DNA of 64,000 nucleotides from Clostridiales bacterium (GTDB lineage: Bacteria; Bacillota; Clostridia; Christensenellales; CAG-138), in assembly GCA_918244965.1 (NCBI GenBank), contig CAKJYC010000021.1, positions 85,025-149,024 on the forward strand, read 5' to 3'. A program made the translations under genes and the position numbers. Under the pieces are notes generated by a model, which did not search any database, was not told the origin of the DNA, and worked only from the letters and a program-made list of their open reading frames with translations. Below, piece after piece: positions 51,989-63,382 of the stretch (positions are counted from its first letter, which is position 1; every line of letters begins with the position of its first letter).

Positions 51989-53212
51989 TCATTCTCCCTC
52001 CTCATCCAACGGCATGCGGACCTTCAATCCCGCAAACAGTGAAATGTTGCTGTCGCGTGCGGACACGATCGCGTTCTCGCCGTCGCTGCCGGCGATATAC
52101 ACAGCGATCTTCTGGAAACTGCCGTCCGTCGTCTTTACATACAGATACGGTACGCCGTTCGTGTACTGAATGTAGTCGACCGGCACGTACAGACCCGTCG
52201 CGTTGTTCTGGACCGAGATCTCGACCACGCGCGTGGTAAGCAGCGGACGCACGTCCGCATTGACCTGCATGACGTACAGGATGCCGTCCGCCGTGTCGCG
52301 CTCGGTGATGATCCTGCCCTGGTATGCGCTCTTGACGCCCTTGACCGTGAAGGAGTACGTCAATCCCGGCATCAAACGGTCTGCACGCTTTGCGCTCTGT
52401 ACGAATGCAAGATAAAACGTCGTGCGATCCGTCACGATCCGGTAATTGAAGCTTTCATTATCCATACTGATCGACGGCGAGTTCAGGATTCGCTTGATCA
52501 GCGGAACGGTCAGCTGTGACACGTCGCGAAGGTTGTCCTCGTTTGCATCGGAATAAAAGCTGACATATCCGTTGTATTCGGACACGACCGTGCGTGCGCT
52601 GTTCGTCTCAAAGCTCTGCTTCAGCGTGTCGAGCTCTGCCACCGCGTCGGCAACAAGGCTCTTGTCCTTGAGGTTTTCGATCATCAGCGCGCGTCGTTCG
52701 GACAGCAGATGCACCATGCGTGATTCCAGCTTGGCATACTCCACCGGGTCCTTCTCGCCGTTTGCCGCTGCACGCATCTGCTGCGAAACGGCGTTGATCT
52801 GCTCATTGTACTGCACGACCGCTGCCGGCAGCGTTCCGCCGGTATCGGTACGCATCAAAGACTCAAGATGCGTATACAGCGCGGCTTCCTTGGCGCAGAT
52901 ATTGGCAAGGGTGCTTTCATAGGAATACGGGTACAGCACGGCGATCGGATCGCCCTCGGAGACGAGCGCGCCTTCCTCCAGAAGGATGTGGCTCTCGCTT
53001 GCGGACTCGGAAAACAGCCGTTCGCTCCGCACGACGACCGCTTCGCTCTCGACCTCGGTGTACAGCGTCATCTGCGACAGCTTTCGCACGTTGCCCGTGA
53101 CCTTCTTCATCAGATAGATCGCGCCCACGACAAAAACCACCAGCAGCACCGCGCTGATGAGCAAGAGCAGATAAAACCGTTTCGTTGCCCGAAAGCCCCG
53201 TCCCTGTTCCAT
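51989..53212 (-). CDS. HlyD-like membrane-fusion family protein (putative)
   Basis: 407 aa with an N-terminal TM, a lipoyl-like hairpin (LVSEGDPIAVL), a predicted coiled-coil stretch and a beta-rich C-terminus. The assignment rests on architecture only. Confidence 0.4.
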   Translation of the reverse strand: MEQGRGFRATKRFYLLLLISAVLLVVFVVGAIYLMKKVTGNVRKLSQMTLYTEVESEAVVVRSERLFSESASESHILLEEGALVSEGDPIAVLYPYSYESTLANICAKEAALYTHLESLMRTDTGGTLPAAVVQYNEQINAVSQQMRAAANGEKDPVEYAKLESRMVHLLSERRALMIENLKDKSLVADAVAELDTLKQSFETNSARTVVSEYNGYVSFYSDANEDNLRDVSQLTVPLIKRILNSPSISMDNESFNYRIVTDRTTFYLAFVQSAKRADRLMPGLTYSFTVKGVKSAYQGRIITERDTADGILYVMQVNADVRPLLTTRVVEISVQNNATGLYVPVDYIQYTNGVPYLYVKTTDGSFQKIAVYIAGSDGENAIVSARDSNISLFAGLKVRMPLDEEGE

Positions 53213-53222
53213 TCGCGTACCC

Positions 53223-53582
53223 TCAAGTTACCTCGTAGCCTTTTTTCTGAGATCTGCCGTACTGACGGTCGAAATTCTCGCGGTTCTTTGCGATATAGCC
53301 GTCAAACAGAGCCTGCGCGTCCATGCCGCTTCTGATGCACATGCTGACAAAGAAGTGCAGCACATCGACGAGTTCGCCCTTGATCGCCTCCGGATCGAGC
53401 GGCTTCTCGTTCTTCCACCATTTCCAGTTCAGCTCGTTCAAAAGCTCGGTCAGCTCATCCATGCAGGCAAGGATGTCCTTCTGCATCCAAACCTCATACG
53501 GAAAGTCAAGCTGCCGCCGTTCCATGATGTCCTCATCCAACGCCTTCTGCAGGCGGAAAATCATTTCAAGCCTGTCTTCCAT
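53223..53582 (-). CDS. all-alpha NTP pyrophosphohydrolase (dimeric dUTPase / MazG-like) family protein
   Basis: 119 aa. The pattern DELTELLNELNWKWWK...ELVDVLHFFVSM resembles the dUTPase_2/MazG-like family. Confidence 0.5.
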   Translation of the reverse strand: MEDRLEMIFRLQKALDEDIMERRQLDFPYEVWMQKDILACMDELTELLNELNWKWWKNEKPLDPEAIKGELVDVLHFFVSMCIRSGMDAQALFDGYIAKNRENFDRQYGRSQKKGYEVT

Positions 53583-54855
53583 TGCGTTTCCACCACTCCT
53601 CCGCCGTCGTTTTCAATGTGTCGCCGACGCCGTCGATCCGGCCGACCGCGCAGAATGCGCAGGCTTTCGGCGAAAACAGTTCGTTTGCGATCGTGCGCAC
53701 CGATCCGATCGTCACGGACTCGATGCGGTTCAGCGTCGTATCGAGATCATATTGCTTTTCCAGCAGCAGTTCCGTCTTGCCGAGCGCGCTCATATGCGCC
53801 ATGGTCGACTCCATTCCGAGGAGATAGCTGCCCTTGAGCTGCTGTCTTGCGCGCAGGAATTCTTCCTCGCTGACGCCATTTTTCTTGACGCTGTCGATCT
53901 CCGAAAGCATCAGTGTGAGCACCTCCTGCGCCTGCCGCTCGGTGCAGCCCGCATAGAAGCAAATGCTGCCCGCGCCGCGGTACGCGATCGGGTAGGAATA
54001 GACGGAATATGCAAGTCCGCGTTCCTCACGAATGCGCTGGAACAGCCGTGAGCTCATGCTGCCGCCCAGCGCGTTCGACAGGACCGCCTGCGCATAGTAA
54101 TCGTCGGTACCGAGCGCAGCGCCCGGCAGCGCAAGGCAAAGGTTGATCTGCTCCACGTCCTTTTTGACAAGCACGGGCCGAAAACCGTTTCCGATGCGTA
54201 CATCCGGCGCATTGTGCCTGGCACCCTTCGCGACGTCTGAAAAATACCGTTCGAGAAGCGCAATCAGCGTCTCACGTTCAAAGCTGCCCGCGGCGGAAAT
54301 CACGATGTTCTCCGCCGTGTAGTGCTTCTTCATGTACGTACGAAGGTCCGTGTCCGAAAGTGCGCGCACGGTATCCTCTGTGCCGAGGATCTCAGATTCG
54401 ATCGATGTTCCACGAAAAAGCTGCTCGCTCACGCGGTCAAACGCGATATCCTCCGGGCTGTCCTCGGTCATTGCGATCTCTTCGATCACAACGCCCTTTT
54501 CCCGCTCCATCTGCTCCGGATCAAGCGTGCTGTGAAACACGATGTCCGCAAGCATATCGACGACGGTTTCAAGGTCCTCGTCAAGTGCCTTTACATGGAA
54601 GCAGGTACATTCCTTGGCGGTAAACGCATTCAGGTTTGCGCCGATCGCGTCCATTTCGGCCGCAATGTCCGACGCGGTGCGCCGCTCTGTCCCCTTGAAC
54701 AGCATGTGTTCAATAAGGTGTGAAATGCCCGCGATCCGTTCGGTTTCAAAGACCGATCCCGCATTGACCCAAACGCCGAGCGCAACGGAGCGCACGGACG
54801 GCATGCGTTCGATCACGACGCGGATCCCGTTTGACAGTCGTGTTTTTTCGATCAT
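53566..54855 (-). CDS. M16 family (pitrilysin/insulinase-like) zinc peptidase
   Basis: 429 aa with the inverted zinc motif HxxEH as HLIEHMLFKGT. Confidence 0.85.
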   Translation of the reverse strand: MIEKTRLSNGIRVVIERMPSVRSVALGVWVNAGSVFETERIAGISHLIEHMLFKGTERRTASDIAAEMDAIGANLNAFTAKECTCFHVKALDEDLETVVDMLADIVFHSTLDPEQMEREKGVVIEEIAMTEDSPEDIAFDRVSEQLFRGTSIESEILGTEDTVRALSDTDLRTYMKKHYTAENIVISAAGSFERETLIALLERYFSDVAKGARHNAPDVRIGNGFRPVLVKKDVEQINLCLALPGAALGTDDYYAQAVLSNALGGSMSSRLFQRIREERGLAYSVYSYPIAYRGAGSICFYAGCTERQAQEVLTLMLSEIDSVKKNGVSEEEFLRARQQLKGSYLLGMESTMAHMSALGKTELLLEKQYDLDTTLNRIESVTIGSVRTIANELFSPKACAFCAVGRIDGVGDTLKTTAEEWWKRNGRQA

Positions 54856-54872
54856 ACTTCAGAGACCTCCGA

Positions 54873-54908
54873 TGCAAAAGAAGGGCGAACGGTCATTCTG
54901 TCGCCCCC
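54873..54908 (-). terminator. rho-independent terminator after pnp
   Basis: The minus strand reads GGGCGA-cagaatgaccgt-TCGCCC followed by TTCTTTTG. Confidence 0.45.
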
Positions 54909-54942
54909 CTCTTATTCTGTTCTGTCGGTTTCTCCGCTATAC

Positions 54943-57033
54943 TCAGGCGTCGGGCAGCAGATCCTTGCGGGTCAGGCCGATCTTGCCGGTCTTCGGGTCG
55001 ATCTCAAAGACGCGCACAAGCACCTGATCGCCGAGGTTCAGAACGTCCTCGACCTTGTTCACGCGCTCTTTGGCGATGCGGGAGATGTGCAGAAGTCCGT
55101 CGGTGCCGGGCTTGAGGTTGACGAACGCGCCGAACTCCTTGATGCCGACCACGGTGCCGAGATAGACCTTGCCGACTTCGATATCCTCAACGATGCCGTC
55201 GATGATGCGCTTCGCTTCCTCTGCAGCCGCCTGATCGGGTGATGCGATGAACACGCTGCCGTCGTCCTCGATGTCGATCTTGACGCCGGTCTTGGCAATG
55301 ATGCCGTTGATGGTCTTGCCGCCGCTGCCGATGACGTCGCGGATCTTATCCGGGTTGATCTTGAAGGTCAGGATGCGCGGCGCATAAGGCGAAAGCTCTG
55401 CGCGCGGCTCGGCGATCGTTTCCGCCATCTTGTCGAGGATGAACAGACGGCCCTTGCGCGCCTGTTCGAGCGCGCGGGTCAGGATCTCGCGGTCGATGCC
55501 CTTGATCTTGATGTCCATCTGGATCGCGGTGATGCCGTCACGCGTACCCGCCACCTTGAAGTCCATATCGCCGAGGAAGTCCTCAAGGCCCTGGATGTCG
55601 GTGAGGATCGCGATGTTGCCGCTCTCCACGTCCTTGATGAGACCCATGGCAACGCCTGCGACGGGCTTTCTGATCGGAACGCCCGCGTCCATCAGCGCCA
55701 GCGTGCTCGCGCAGATCGAAGCCTGCGACGTGGAGCCGTTCGAGCTGATGACCTCAGACACGAGACGCATGCAGTACGGGAACTCCTCTTCGCTCGGAAG
55801 CACCGGGAGAAGTGCGCGCTCTGCGAGTGCGCCGTGGCCGATCTCGCGGCGGCCGGGGCTGCGCACGGGGCGCGTCTCACCGGTCGAATACGGCGGCATG
55901 TTGTACTGATGCATATAGCGCTTGGAATCTTCGAGAGTAAGTCCGTCGAGGATCTGCGCCTCTGCGATGGTGCCGAGCGTCGCGATCGTCATGACCTGCG
56001 TCTGGCCGCGAGTGAACACCGCGCTGCCGTGCGGACGCTCAAGCATGTGGACCTCGCTCCAGATCGGACGAATCTCGTCCTGCGCGCGTCCGTCGGGACG
56101 GATCTTCTTGTTGATGATCTTGTCGCGCATGACTTCCTTCTGCATCTGGTACAGGATCGCGTCGACGTCCTTCTCCATGCCGGGATCGGATTCCGCGAAT
56201 GCGGCTTTGGTCTCGGTCTTGACCTGTTCGGTGCGCATTTCGCGCTCGTGACGGTCGAAGGTGTCCATCTGCCAGACGACCTTGTCCATCGCGTACTCGC
56301 GCACGCGGCGGTCGAGATCCGCATCCGGAACATGGATGTTGACTTCCATCTTGGGCTTGCCGATCTCCTTCTGGATCATCTCGATGAAGTCGACGATCTT
56401 CTTGATCTCCTCATGCGCAAACAGGATCGCGCCGAGCATTTCCTCCTCGGTCACTTCGTTCGCGCCCGCCTCGACCATCATGACAGCGTCGCGCGTACCG
56501 GCGACGGTCAGGGCGAGACGGCTCTTTTCACGCTGCTCGCAGTCGGGGTTGAGGATGTATTCGCCGTCGATCAGGCCGACCGCCACGGAACCCGTCGGGC
56601 CCATGAACGGAGCGTTGCTGATGGACAGTGCGATCGAGGAGCCGATCATGCCCAGCACGTCGGGCTGGACGTCCTGCTCCACTGAGAGAACGGTCGCGAT
56701 GACCTGCACATCGTTGTAGAATCCCTTCGGGAACAGCGGACGCAGCGGACGGTCGATGAGGCGCGAGGTCAGGATCGCCTTTTCGGTCGGGCGTCCTTCG
56801 CGCTTGATGAAACCGCCGGGGATCTTGCCGACCGCGTACAGCTTCTCTTCAAATTCAATGGACAGCGGCAGAAAATCAACGCCGTCGCGCGGTTCCTTGG
56901 CGACCGTTGCGTTGACCATGACCGCCGTTCCGCCGCAGCGCACGAGGCAGTTGCCGCCCGCTTGCTCGGCGTACTTTCCGGTTTCGACGATCAGCTTGCG
57001 ATCGCCGATCATGGTTTCGAACACTCTTTGCAT
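54943..57033 (-). CDS. pnp: polyribonucleotide nucleotidyltransferase (PNPase)
   Basis: 696 aa with two RNase PH domains plus KH and S1 domains. Full-length similarity. Confidence 0.97.
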   Translation of the reverse strand: MQRVFETMIGDRKLIVETGKYAEQAGGNCLVRCGGTAVMVNATVAKEPRDGVDFLPLSIEFEEKLYAVGKIPGGFIKREGRPTEKAILTSRLIDRPLRPLFPKGFYNDVQVIATVLSVEQDVQPDVLGMIGSSIALSISNAPFMGPTGSVAVGLIDGEYILNPDCEQREKSRLALTVAGTRDAVMMVEAGANEVTEEEMLGAILFAHEEIKKIVDFIEMIQKEIGKPKMEVNIHVPDADLDRRVREYAMDKVVWQMDTFDRHEREMRTEQVKTETKAAFAESDPGMEKDVDAILYQMQKEVMRDKIINKKIRPDGRAQDEIRPIWSEVHMLERPHGSAVFTRGQTQVMTIATLGTIAEAQILDGLTLEDSKRYMHQYNMPPYSTGETRPVRSPGRREIGHGALAERALLPVLPSEEEFPYCMRLVSEVISSNGSTSQASICASTLALMDAGVPIRKPVAGVAMGLIKDVESGNIAILTDIQGLEDFLGDMDFKVAGTRDGITAIQMDIKIKGIDREILTRALEQARKGRLFILDKMAETIAEPRAELSPYAPRILTFKINPDKIRDVIGSGGKTINGIIAKTGVKIDIEDDGSVFIASPDQAAAEEAKRIIDGIVEDIEVGKVYLGTVVGIKEFGAFVNLKPGTDGLLHISRIAKERVNKVEDVLNLGDQVLVRVFEIDPKTGKIGLTRKDLLPDA

Positions 57034-57089
57034 TTTCTTCTTTTTTCCTCTTTATCTTTATTTAATAATTGCCTGTCGTAATGCAGCGC

Positions 57090-57124
57090 CCAAAAAGATA
57101 GGCGGGGAATAAAACCCCCGCCCT
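57090..57124 (-). terminator. rpsO-pnp intergenic hairpin/terminator
   Basis: The minus strand reads GGCGGGG-gttttatt-CCCCGCC followed by TATCTTTTT. Confidence 0.55.
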
Positions 57125-57129
57125 GCTCT

Positions 57130-57384
57130 TTACTTTCTGAGGTTCAATGCTGCGATGATCGCTCTGTAGCGCTCGATGTCCTTTTCCTTCAGATAGTTCA
57201 GAAGACCCCTGCGGGTACCGACCATCTTCAGAAGACCGCGGCGGGAGTGATGGTCCTTCTGGTTGACCTTCAGATGCTCGTTGAGGTGATTGATGCGTTC
57301 GGTCAGAAGCGCGATCTGAACCTCCGGAGAACCCGTATCGCCCTCGTGCAGCGCGTACTTTGCAATGATTTCCTGTTTCGTCAT
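57130..57384 (-). CDS. rpsO: 30S ribosomal protein S15
   Basis: 84 aa from the ATG at 57384 (RBS AAGGAGG), containing [25 protein letters not shown]...HHSRRGLL. Confidence 0.95.
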   Translation of the reverse strand: MTKQEIIAKYALHEGDTGSPEVQIALLTERINHLNEHLKVNQKDHHSRRGLLKMVGTRRGLLNYLKEKDIERYRAIIAALNLRK

Positions 57385-57475
57385 GATTTTTTCCTCCTTT
57401 TTTTCGTATCCCCGTAGACTGCGTATGGCGTCGGAGAGTCGCAACAACCCAGCTTACGGTTTAACCTTTGACAGT

Positions 57476-58393
57476 TTAGCACAACCGTTCCGAATTGTAA
57501 ACACCTTTTTTGTGTGTTTCACAAACTTTTTTTGCTTCCGCGGCGTCCCTGCGGATCTGTTCAAACAAACGGTCCTTCGTTTCAAACCGCTTTTCGTCCC
57601 GGAGCCGTTCCAAAAACGCGACGCTGACGCGCTTTCCGTACAGATCGAGCGATGTGCCGATCGCATGCGTCTCCACGGTGCGCGCCCGTCCGCCGACGGT
57701 CGGATTGGTACCGACGTTTGTCACGGCATCGTAGCAAGCGCTGTCGAACAGCAGCATCGTTGCGTAGACGCCGTCCTTCGGCAGCAGCTGTGCGCCTGCG
57801 TCAAGGTTGGCCGTCGGGCAGTCAAATTGCCGGCCCAGTGCCTTCGCGTGCACGACCTCACCGGACAGTACATACGGCCTGCCGAGCATGCGTTGTGCAA
57901 ACGCGACGTCGCCGTTTTTCAACGCATCACGTACACGGGTGGACGCGCACGGCACACCGTCGACGGTCACTTCGTCGATCACCGTAAGGCCGATCCCCCG
58001 CGCCCTGCACAACGTCCCCAACAGCGCTGTATCGCCCTTCGCATACGCGCCGAAGCGATAATCATAGCCCACGACGATCGCGGATACGCCGCCTTCATAC
58101 CGCGCGTTCAGCCAATCGACGAACCGCTCCGGCTCCATGGCCGCGAACGCCGCATCGAACGGAATACTGTCCACGCGGTCCACGCCGGTCCCGCGGATCA
58201 GCCGCTCGCGCTGCTCCTTTGTGCAAAGGTAGGAGAACGCGCCGGAGAACAGCTCTTTCGGATGGTTGTCGTAGGTGAACGCCACGGCCGTGTCGCCCTG
58301 CGCGTGCGCGATCTTTGCTGCGCGTGAAAGCAGCACCCGGTGTCCCAGATGCACCCCGTCAAACATGCCGAGCGCCACAACCGTCTGATTCAT
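57476..58393 (-). CDS. ribF: bifunctional riboflavin kinase / FAD synthetase
   Basis: 305 aa with GMFDGVHLGH and a C-terminal riboflavin kinase domain. ATGA overlap with truB. Confidence 0.95.
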   Translation of the reverse strand: MNQTVVALGMFDGVHLGHRVLLSRAAKIAHAQGDTAVAFTYDNHPKELFSGAFSYLCTKEQRERLIRGTGVDRVDSIPFDAAFAAMEPERFVDWLNARYEGGVSAIVVGYDYRFGAYAKGDTALLGTLCRARGIGLTVIDEVTVDGVPCASTRVRDALKNGDVAFAQRMLGRPYVLSGEVVHAKALGRQFDCPTANLDAGAQLLPKDGVYATMLLFDSACYDAVTNVGTNPTVGGRARTVETHAIGTSLDLYGKRVSVAFLERLRDEKRFETKDRLFEQIRRDAAEAKKVCETHKKGVYNSERLC

Positions 58394-59265
58394 GCGTCCT
58401 CCGAATACAAATGCACCTTCAGCATCGCGCTGCCGTCCCGCACGGCGCCGATGCCTAGGAAAGATTCACAATAGATGCGGTATACGCCGTCCGGCGCGTT
58501 CATGCGCGTCGGCAGTCCGTTCCTTGTCGGGACCAGGCGATCCGCCTTGAGATCGAGTCCCGGCAGAAACGTGACCGCGTCCTCGCAGGAGGTCAGCGCT
58601 TCCGGCAGTCTCCCCCGCTCCTTCATGGTCTGCAGCTCTGCGATCGAAACCGCACGTTCGAGCGTAAACGGGCCCGACGCCGTACGCAGCAGAAACGCCA
58701 TGTGCGCCGGCACACCGAGCGTTTTGCCGATGTCGTGACACAGCGTGCGGATGTACGTTCCGCGCGAGCAGGTGATCTCTAAAAGAAACCGGTTCGGCCC
58801 CAAATCCTTTGTCCGCCGCAGCGACAAAATCTCTACCTCGCGCGATTTGTCCGGGATCTCCTTGCCGGAAAGCGCGAGATCGTACAGCTTCTGTCCGTTG
58901 TATTTCAGCGCGGAATACATCGGCGGCGTCTGCACGATCCGTCCGGTAAACGCGGGCAGGACTTCGTCGAGCATGTCCGCCGTCACGACGGCGTCGCTCG
59001 TCTCGGTCACGCATCCCTGCGCGTCCTGCGTATCGGTCGAAGCGCCGAACGCGATCTCACAAAGGTAGGTTTTTTGCTTGTCAACCAGATAGTCGAACAG
59101 CCGCACCGCACGGCCGACACAGACCGGAAGCACGCCTGCGGCTTCCGGGTCCAGCGTACCGAGATGCCCCACGCGCTTCGTCTCGAAGATGCGCCGCACA
59201 TCCACGACGACATCGGAGCTCGACATCGCCGGCGGCTTCAATACGGTTACGATCCCTTCGATCAT
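58390..59265 (-). CDS. truB: tRNA pseudouridine(55) synthase
   Basis: 291 aa with GHLGTLDPEAAGVLPV. Confidence 0.95.
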   Translation of the reverse strand: MIEGIVTVLKPPAMSSSDVVVDVRRIFETKRVGHLGTLDPEAAGVLPVCVGRAVRLFDYLVDKQKTYLCEIAFGASTDTQDAQGCVTETSDAVVTADMLDEVLPAFTGRIVQTPPMYSALKYNGQKLYDLALSGKEIPDKSREVEILSLRRTKDLGPNRFLLEITCSRGTYIRTLCHDIGKTLGVPAHMAFLLRTASGPFTLERAVSIAELQTMKERGRLPEALTSCEDAVTFLPGLDLKADRLVPTRNGLPTRMNAPDGVYRIYCESFLGIGAVRDGSAMLKVHLYSEDA

Positions 59266-60218
59266 TGCAGTGCTTCCGTGAGCGCTTCGCGCATGACCGC
59301 CGTCGCCTCTTCAAGCGGCAGATACAGCGTACAGCCCGCCGCGCGGACATGCCCGCCGCCGCCGAAGCGCTTGGCGATCGCCGCCACGTCGCAATACCGT
59401 TTGCTGCGCATGCTCACGCGCACACAGCCGTCGCTTTCGCGCAGTACGCACGCAGCCTCGACCGTGTCGATATCCCTTAGCCAGTCGATCAGTCCCTCGC
59501 AGTCCTCCTTGGTCGCGCTGCAAGCTGCAAGCGCGTCAAGCGGGATCGCGCACAGGTTCAGCCGTCCGCCTTCGAACAGCTCCATATGCGAGAGCGTATA
59601 CGCAATCAGCTTCGCCTTGCTGACCGGCATTTCGCGGAACAGCACGCGGTTCAGTTCCGGCAGATCAATGCCGTAACCTAAGAGCTTCGCCGCCGCCTCG
59701 AACGATTCCGGAGAGGTATTCCCGTACGAGAAATTGCCGGTATCGGTGGTGATAGCGGTGTACAATGCAGTCGCGATCGTCTTGTTCATCGGCACGTTTA
59801 GTGCTTTGATGAGACGCAGGATCAGCTCGCCTGTCGCGGAAACCTCCTCGACCCAGTCGCCGTCCTTCGACTCGCGCGGGTTCGTGCCGTGGTGGTCGAT
59901 GCAGAACTGGTACGGCGCCGTTTCAAGCGTCTCGCGGAGCGCGCCGGTGCGCTTATGGTCCGCGCAGTCGATATAGAGCACCGCTTCCTTCGGCGGTTCG
60001 ATACCGTCTGTGCCGGTCACCGTGTCCGCCCCCGCAAGAAAGTCGAGGACCGGCGGCACGCGGTCGGGACAGACAACGGCTGCGTCCTTGCCGAGCAGCA
60101 GCAGCGCTTCCCGCAAAGCAAGGCAGGAGCCCAGCGTGTCGCCGTCGGGCGACTGGTGGGCTGCCAGATAAAAGAATTGATGCGATTGTATAAACGCCGC
60201 CGCCCGTTCGAGGTTCAT
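59262..60218 (-). CDS. nrnA: DHH/DHHA1 family phosphoesterase (NrnA-like oligoribonuclease/pAp phosphatase)
   Basis: 318 aa with the DHH motif (CIDHHGTN) and DHHA1 motif GGGGH. It sits in the conserved position between rbfA and truB. Confidence 0.8.
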   Translation of the reverse strand: MNLERAAAFIQSHQFFYLAAHQSPDGDTLGSCLALREALLLLGKDAAVVCPDRVPPVLDFLAGADTVTGTDGIEPPKEAVLYIDCADHKRTGALRETLETAPYQFCIDHHGTNPRESKDGDWVEEVSATGELILRLIKALNVPMNKTIATALYTAITTDTGNFSYGNTSPESFEAAAKLLGYGIDLPELNRVLFREMPVSKAKLIAYTLSHMELFEGGRLNLCAIPLDALAACSATKEDCEGLIDWLRDIDTVEAACVLRESDGCVRVSMRSKRYCDVAAIAKRFGGGGHVRAAGCTLYLPLEEATAVMREALTEALQ

Positions 60219-60589
60219 GCTTCCGTCTCCTCGTTCGGTTTGTCGTTTTTGTGCAGCGAACGGATGACCTCGGAGATATGCACCGAGTATGCGATCGAAT
60301 CGTCGCCGACAAACTTGATCGACGGCACGCGGCGGATCGTCATGCGATTGCCGACCTCATGCGCGATGAAGCCTGCGGCATGGTTCAGCGCGTCGACCGC
60401 AGTCTTGGCCGCGTTCTCATCCGCATCGTACACAGAGACGTGTGCCTTCGCGTACTTGAGGTCCGGCGTGATCTCCATCTCGGTGATCGAGGTGACCGCC
60501 GGGATGCGCGGGTCCTTCATATCGAAGATGATCGCGCTGACCGTTTTCTTGAGTTCCTCACGGAGCCGTTCATTTCTGACCTTTGCCAT
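60215..60589 (-). CDS. rbfA: ribosome-binding factor A
   Basis: 124 aa with RNERLREELKK...DPRI...VTSITEMEITPDLKYAKAHVS. Confidence 0.95.
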   Translation of the reverse strand: MAKVRNERLREELKKTVSAIIFDMKDPRIPAVTSITEMEITPDLKYAKAHVSVYDADENAAKTAVDALNHAAGFIAHEVGNRMTIRRVPSIKFVGDDSIAYSVHISEVIRSLHKNDKPNEETEA

Positions 60590-60590
60590 A

Positions 60591-63077
60591 TCAGCGCTTC
60601 ACTTCCTCCATCGTATAGCACTCGATGACGTCCTCTTCGAGAATGTCGTTGAAGTTTTCGATCGAAATACCGCATTCATAGCCCGCAAGGACTTCGCGAA
60701 CGTCATCCTTGAAGCGCTTGAGCGATGCGATCTTGCCGTCGTGGAGCACGATGCCGCCGCGGACCACGCGTACCTGTGCGGTACGGGTGACCTTGCCCTC
60801 GTTGACGTACGCGCCCGCGATCGTGCCGACGCCGGAGATGCGGAACGTATTGCGCACCGTGCAGCGTCCGAGCTCGACCTCCTGGAACACCGGTTTGAAC
60901 ATGCCCTTCATTGCGTTCTGGACATCCTCAATCGCGTTGTAAATGACGCGATACGTCCGCACGTCGACCTTTTCCTTTTCGGCGGTCGCGCGCGCCGTGG
61001 AATCCGGACGCACGTTGAAGCCGATGACGATCGCGTTCGATGCGGATGCGAACATGATATCCGATCCGGTGATTGCGCCGACGCCGCTGTGGATGCAGCG
61101 AACGCGGACCTCGTCGTTGGAGAGCTTTTCGAGCGCCTGCTTGACGGCCTCGACCGAGCCCTGCACGTCGGCCTTGATGATCAGGTTCAGGTCCTTGAGC
61201 TCGCCCTCGGCCATCTGGTTAAACAGATCGTCGAGCGAGACCTTCTGCGCCTGTTTGACCTGCGCCGCCTTCAATCTGTCGCGGCGCTCCTCTGCGACCT
61301 GACGGTTCAGCTTGTCGTCGTCCGCAGCAAACAGCACGTCGCCCGCAGCCGGGACCTCGTTGAAGCCGAGTACCTCGACCGGGATGGACGGGCCTGCGGA
61401 ATTTACGCTCCTGCCCTTATCGTCCATCATGGCGCGCACGCGTCCGTACGCCGTACCTGCAACGATCGTATCGCCCTTCTTCAGCGTGCCGTTCTGCACA
61501 AGCACCGTTGCGACCGGGCCGCGCGTCTTGTCGAGCTGCGCCTCGATGATCGTGCCCTTTGCGAGACGGTCGGGGTTCGCCTTGAGTTCGAGAACGTCCG
61601 CCTGCAGCAGCACCATTTCAAGGAGCTGATCCAGGTTTATCTGCTTTTTTGCCGAGACCGGCACGCAGATCGTATCGCCGCCCCATTCCTCGGTAACGAG
61701 GCCGTATTCGGTCAGCTGTTGCTTGACACGGTCGGGATCCGCGGTGTCGCGGTCGATCTTGTTGATCGCAACGACGATCGGAACGCCCGCCGCCTTTGCG
61801 TGGTTGATCGCTTCGATGGTCTGCGGCATGATACCGTCGTCCGCCGCAACGACCAGGATGACGATGTCCGTGACCTGCGCGCCGCGCGCACGCATGGCGG
61901 TAAACGCTTCGTGGCCCGGCGTGTCGATGAACGTGATCTGACGGCCGTTCAGCGTGACGGTGTACGCGCCGATGTGCTGCGTGATGCCGCCGGCTTCGCC
62001 CGCAGTGACGTGCGAGTTGCGGATCGCGTCGAGCAGCGACGTCTTGCCGTGGTCGACGTGGCCCATGATCGTGACGACCGGCGGACGCGGCTTCAGAGAT
62101 TCCGGCGCGTCGACGTCGTCCGCGGCATCCATCAGGACGTCCTCAAACGACTTTGCGATCTGCTGTTCGAGCGTGATGTTGAACTCGCCCGCAATCAGCT
62201 CACAGGTGTCGAAGTCCAGTTCCTGATTGATGTTGGCGATGATGCCGAGCATCAGGAGCTTCTTCAGAATTTCATTCGCGGGCTTTCCGAGCTTTTCGGA
62301 AAGGTCCTTGACGGTGATCGTTTCGGTGGTGATAACCGCGTGGTCGATCACAACGGGCGCAGGCTTCGGCTGCTGCGCCTCGGCCTGGTTGCGCTTTGCC
62401 TTGCGGCGATTGCCCATCTGGCTGTCATCCTCCCAGCCGCGTGCGGTGGGACCTGCTTCCTTCATCATGGTCTTCTTGTTCTTTGCCTTCTTATCCGACG
62501 GATCGAACGTCTTTTTCTTATCGTTGTTCCGGTTGTGGCTGTTGTCCGCAACGCTCGGCGGATTGATCACCACTGCGCGAGAGCCCGCGTTTGCATCGCG
62601 GCGCGGCGGGCGCGTATCGCCCTGTCTGCGTTCGCCTGCAGGCTGTCTCTGCGCATCCTGACGCGGTCCGTCCTGACGCGGACGGTCCGTACGGTCGCGC
62701 CTCGGTTCGCGCTGCTCCTGCGGCCGCTGCGGCTTCTGCTCCGGCGCGACAGGCTTCACGGGCTGCGGCTTCACGGGCTGCGGCTCAACCGGCTGCACAG
62801 GCGCAGCAGGCTCCGGCTCCGGTTCTTCGGAACCGCCCGCGTGCGCGGCGAGGTCGCCGTCGCTTTCGAGCATCGCCTTCAGACGTTCCGCGCGCTCGCG
62901 TTCCTCACGCTCCTGCTTCTCCTTTTCCTCGCGGTCGATCATGCTCCCCTCGATCCTGCGCGCGGCGTCCAGAAGCGTGCCGATCGCACCCTTCGACGCA
63001 TCGAGCTTTGTGAGAAGCGCCTGCATCTGCTCCTTTAATTCTTTCGCTGATTCCAGAAAATTCACTGCCATACTCAT
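60591..63077 (-). CDS. infB: translation initiation factor IF-2
   Basis: 828 aa with the G domain [12 protein letters not shown]...DTPGHEAF...NKID and a low-complexity Pro/Arg/Gln-rich N-terminal region. Confidence 0.97.
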   Translation of the reverse strand: MSMAVNFLESAKELKEQMQALLTKLDASKGAIGTLLDAARRIEGSMIDREEKEKQEREERERAERLKAMLESDGDLAAHAGGSEEPEPEPAAPVQPVEPQPVKPQPVKPVAPEQKPQRPQEQREPRRDRTDRPRQDGPRQDAQRQPAGERRQGDTRPPRRDANAGSRAVVINPPSVADNSHNRNNDKKKTFDPSDKKAKNKKTMMKEAGPTARGWEDDSQMGNRRKAKRNQAEAQQPKPAPVVIDHAVITTETITVKDLSEKLGKPANEILKKLLMLGIIANINQELDFDTCELIAGEFNITLEQQIAKSFEDVLMDAADDVDAPESLKPRPPVVTIMGHVDHGKTSLLDAIRNSHVTAGEAGGITQHIGAYTVTLNGRQITFIDTPGHEAFTAMRARGAQVTDIVILVVAADDGIMPQTIEAINHAKAAGVPIVVAINKIDRDTADPDRVKQQLTEYGLVTEEWGGDTICVPVSAKKQINLDQLLEMVLLQADVLELKANPDRLAKGTIIEAQLDKTRGPVATVLVQNGTLKKGDTIVAGTAYGRVRAMMDDKGRSVNSAGPSIPVEVLGFNEVPAAGDVLFAADDDKLNRQVAEERRDRLKAAQVKQAQKVSLDDLFNQMAEGELKDLNLIIKADVQGSVEAVKQALEKLSNDEVRVRCIHSGVGAITGSDIMFASASNAIVIGFNVRPDSTARATAEKEKVDVRTYRVIYNAIEDVQNAMKGMFKPVFQEVELGRCTVRNTFRISGVGTIAGAYVNEGKVTRTAQVRVVRGGIVLHDGKIASLKRFKDDVREVLAGYECGISIENFNDILEEDVIECYTMEEVKR
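62752..62796. repeat. 3 x 15-nt in-frame tandem repeat inside infB
   Basis: GGCTTCACGGGCTGC occurs twice exactly (62752-62766, 62767-62781), followed by the variant GGCTCAACCGGCTGC. It encodes the (Q)PVKP/PVEP repeats of the IF-2 N-terminal linker. Confidence 0.7.
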
Positions 63078-63382
63078 CCCCGCTTTTCATCGGTATTGCG
63101 CATTGCGCGCTCGATCATATCCCGGAAATTCGGATCCGTCACCGCCATCACGATGTGCGCATCCTTTCCGATTGCGCGGCCCACGGTCTCGACCGTAATC
63201 AGCGGGACCTCGTGCGCTGCGCACAGTTGTTCATAATGCGTCTTTGTCGCCTCCGACGCTGTTTCCTCCAATATCACCAGCTTTGCCTTGCCGGCACGGA
63301 TCGTTTGCTCTACCGCAAACGCGCCGCTTTTCGCCTTTCCTGCCTTTTGGCAGAGCCCGATCGCGTTAAACAGCCGATCCAT
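63074..63382 (-). CDS. ylxQ: L7Ae/L30e family RNA-binding protein (YlxQ)
   Basis: 102 aa with [12 protein letters not shown]...[12 protein letters not shown]. It sits in the conserved position between ylxR and infB. Confidence 0.85.
   Translation of the reverse strand: MDRLFNAIGLCQKAGKAKSGAFAVEQTIRAGKAKLVILEETASEATKTHYEQLCAAHEVPLITVETVGRAIGKDAHIVMAVTDPNFRDMIERAMRNTDEKRG

Noticed and set aside
59889-63038. 1049-aa plus-strand ORF, the longest after polC and smc.
   Set aside because: It is entirely antisense to infB/rbfA/nrnA, which are unmistakable conserved genes. The translation is Arg/Ala/Leu/Asp-rich low-information sequence, typical of open antisense frames in GC-rich DNA. There is no RBS or domain.
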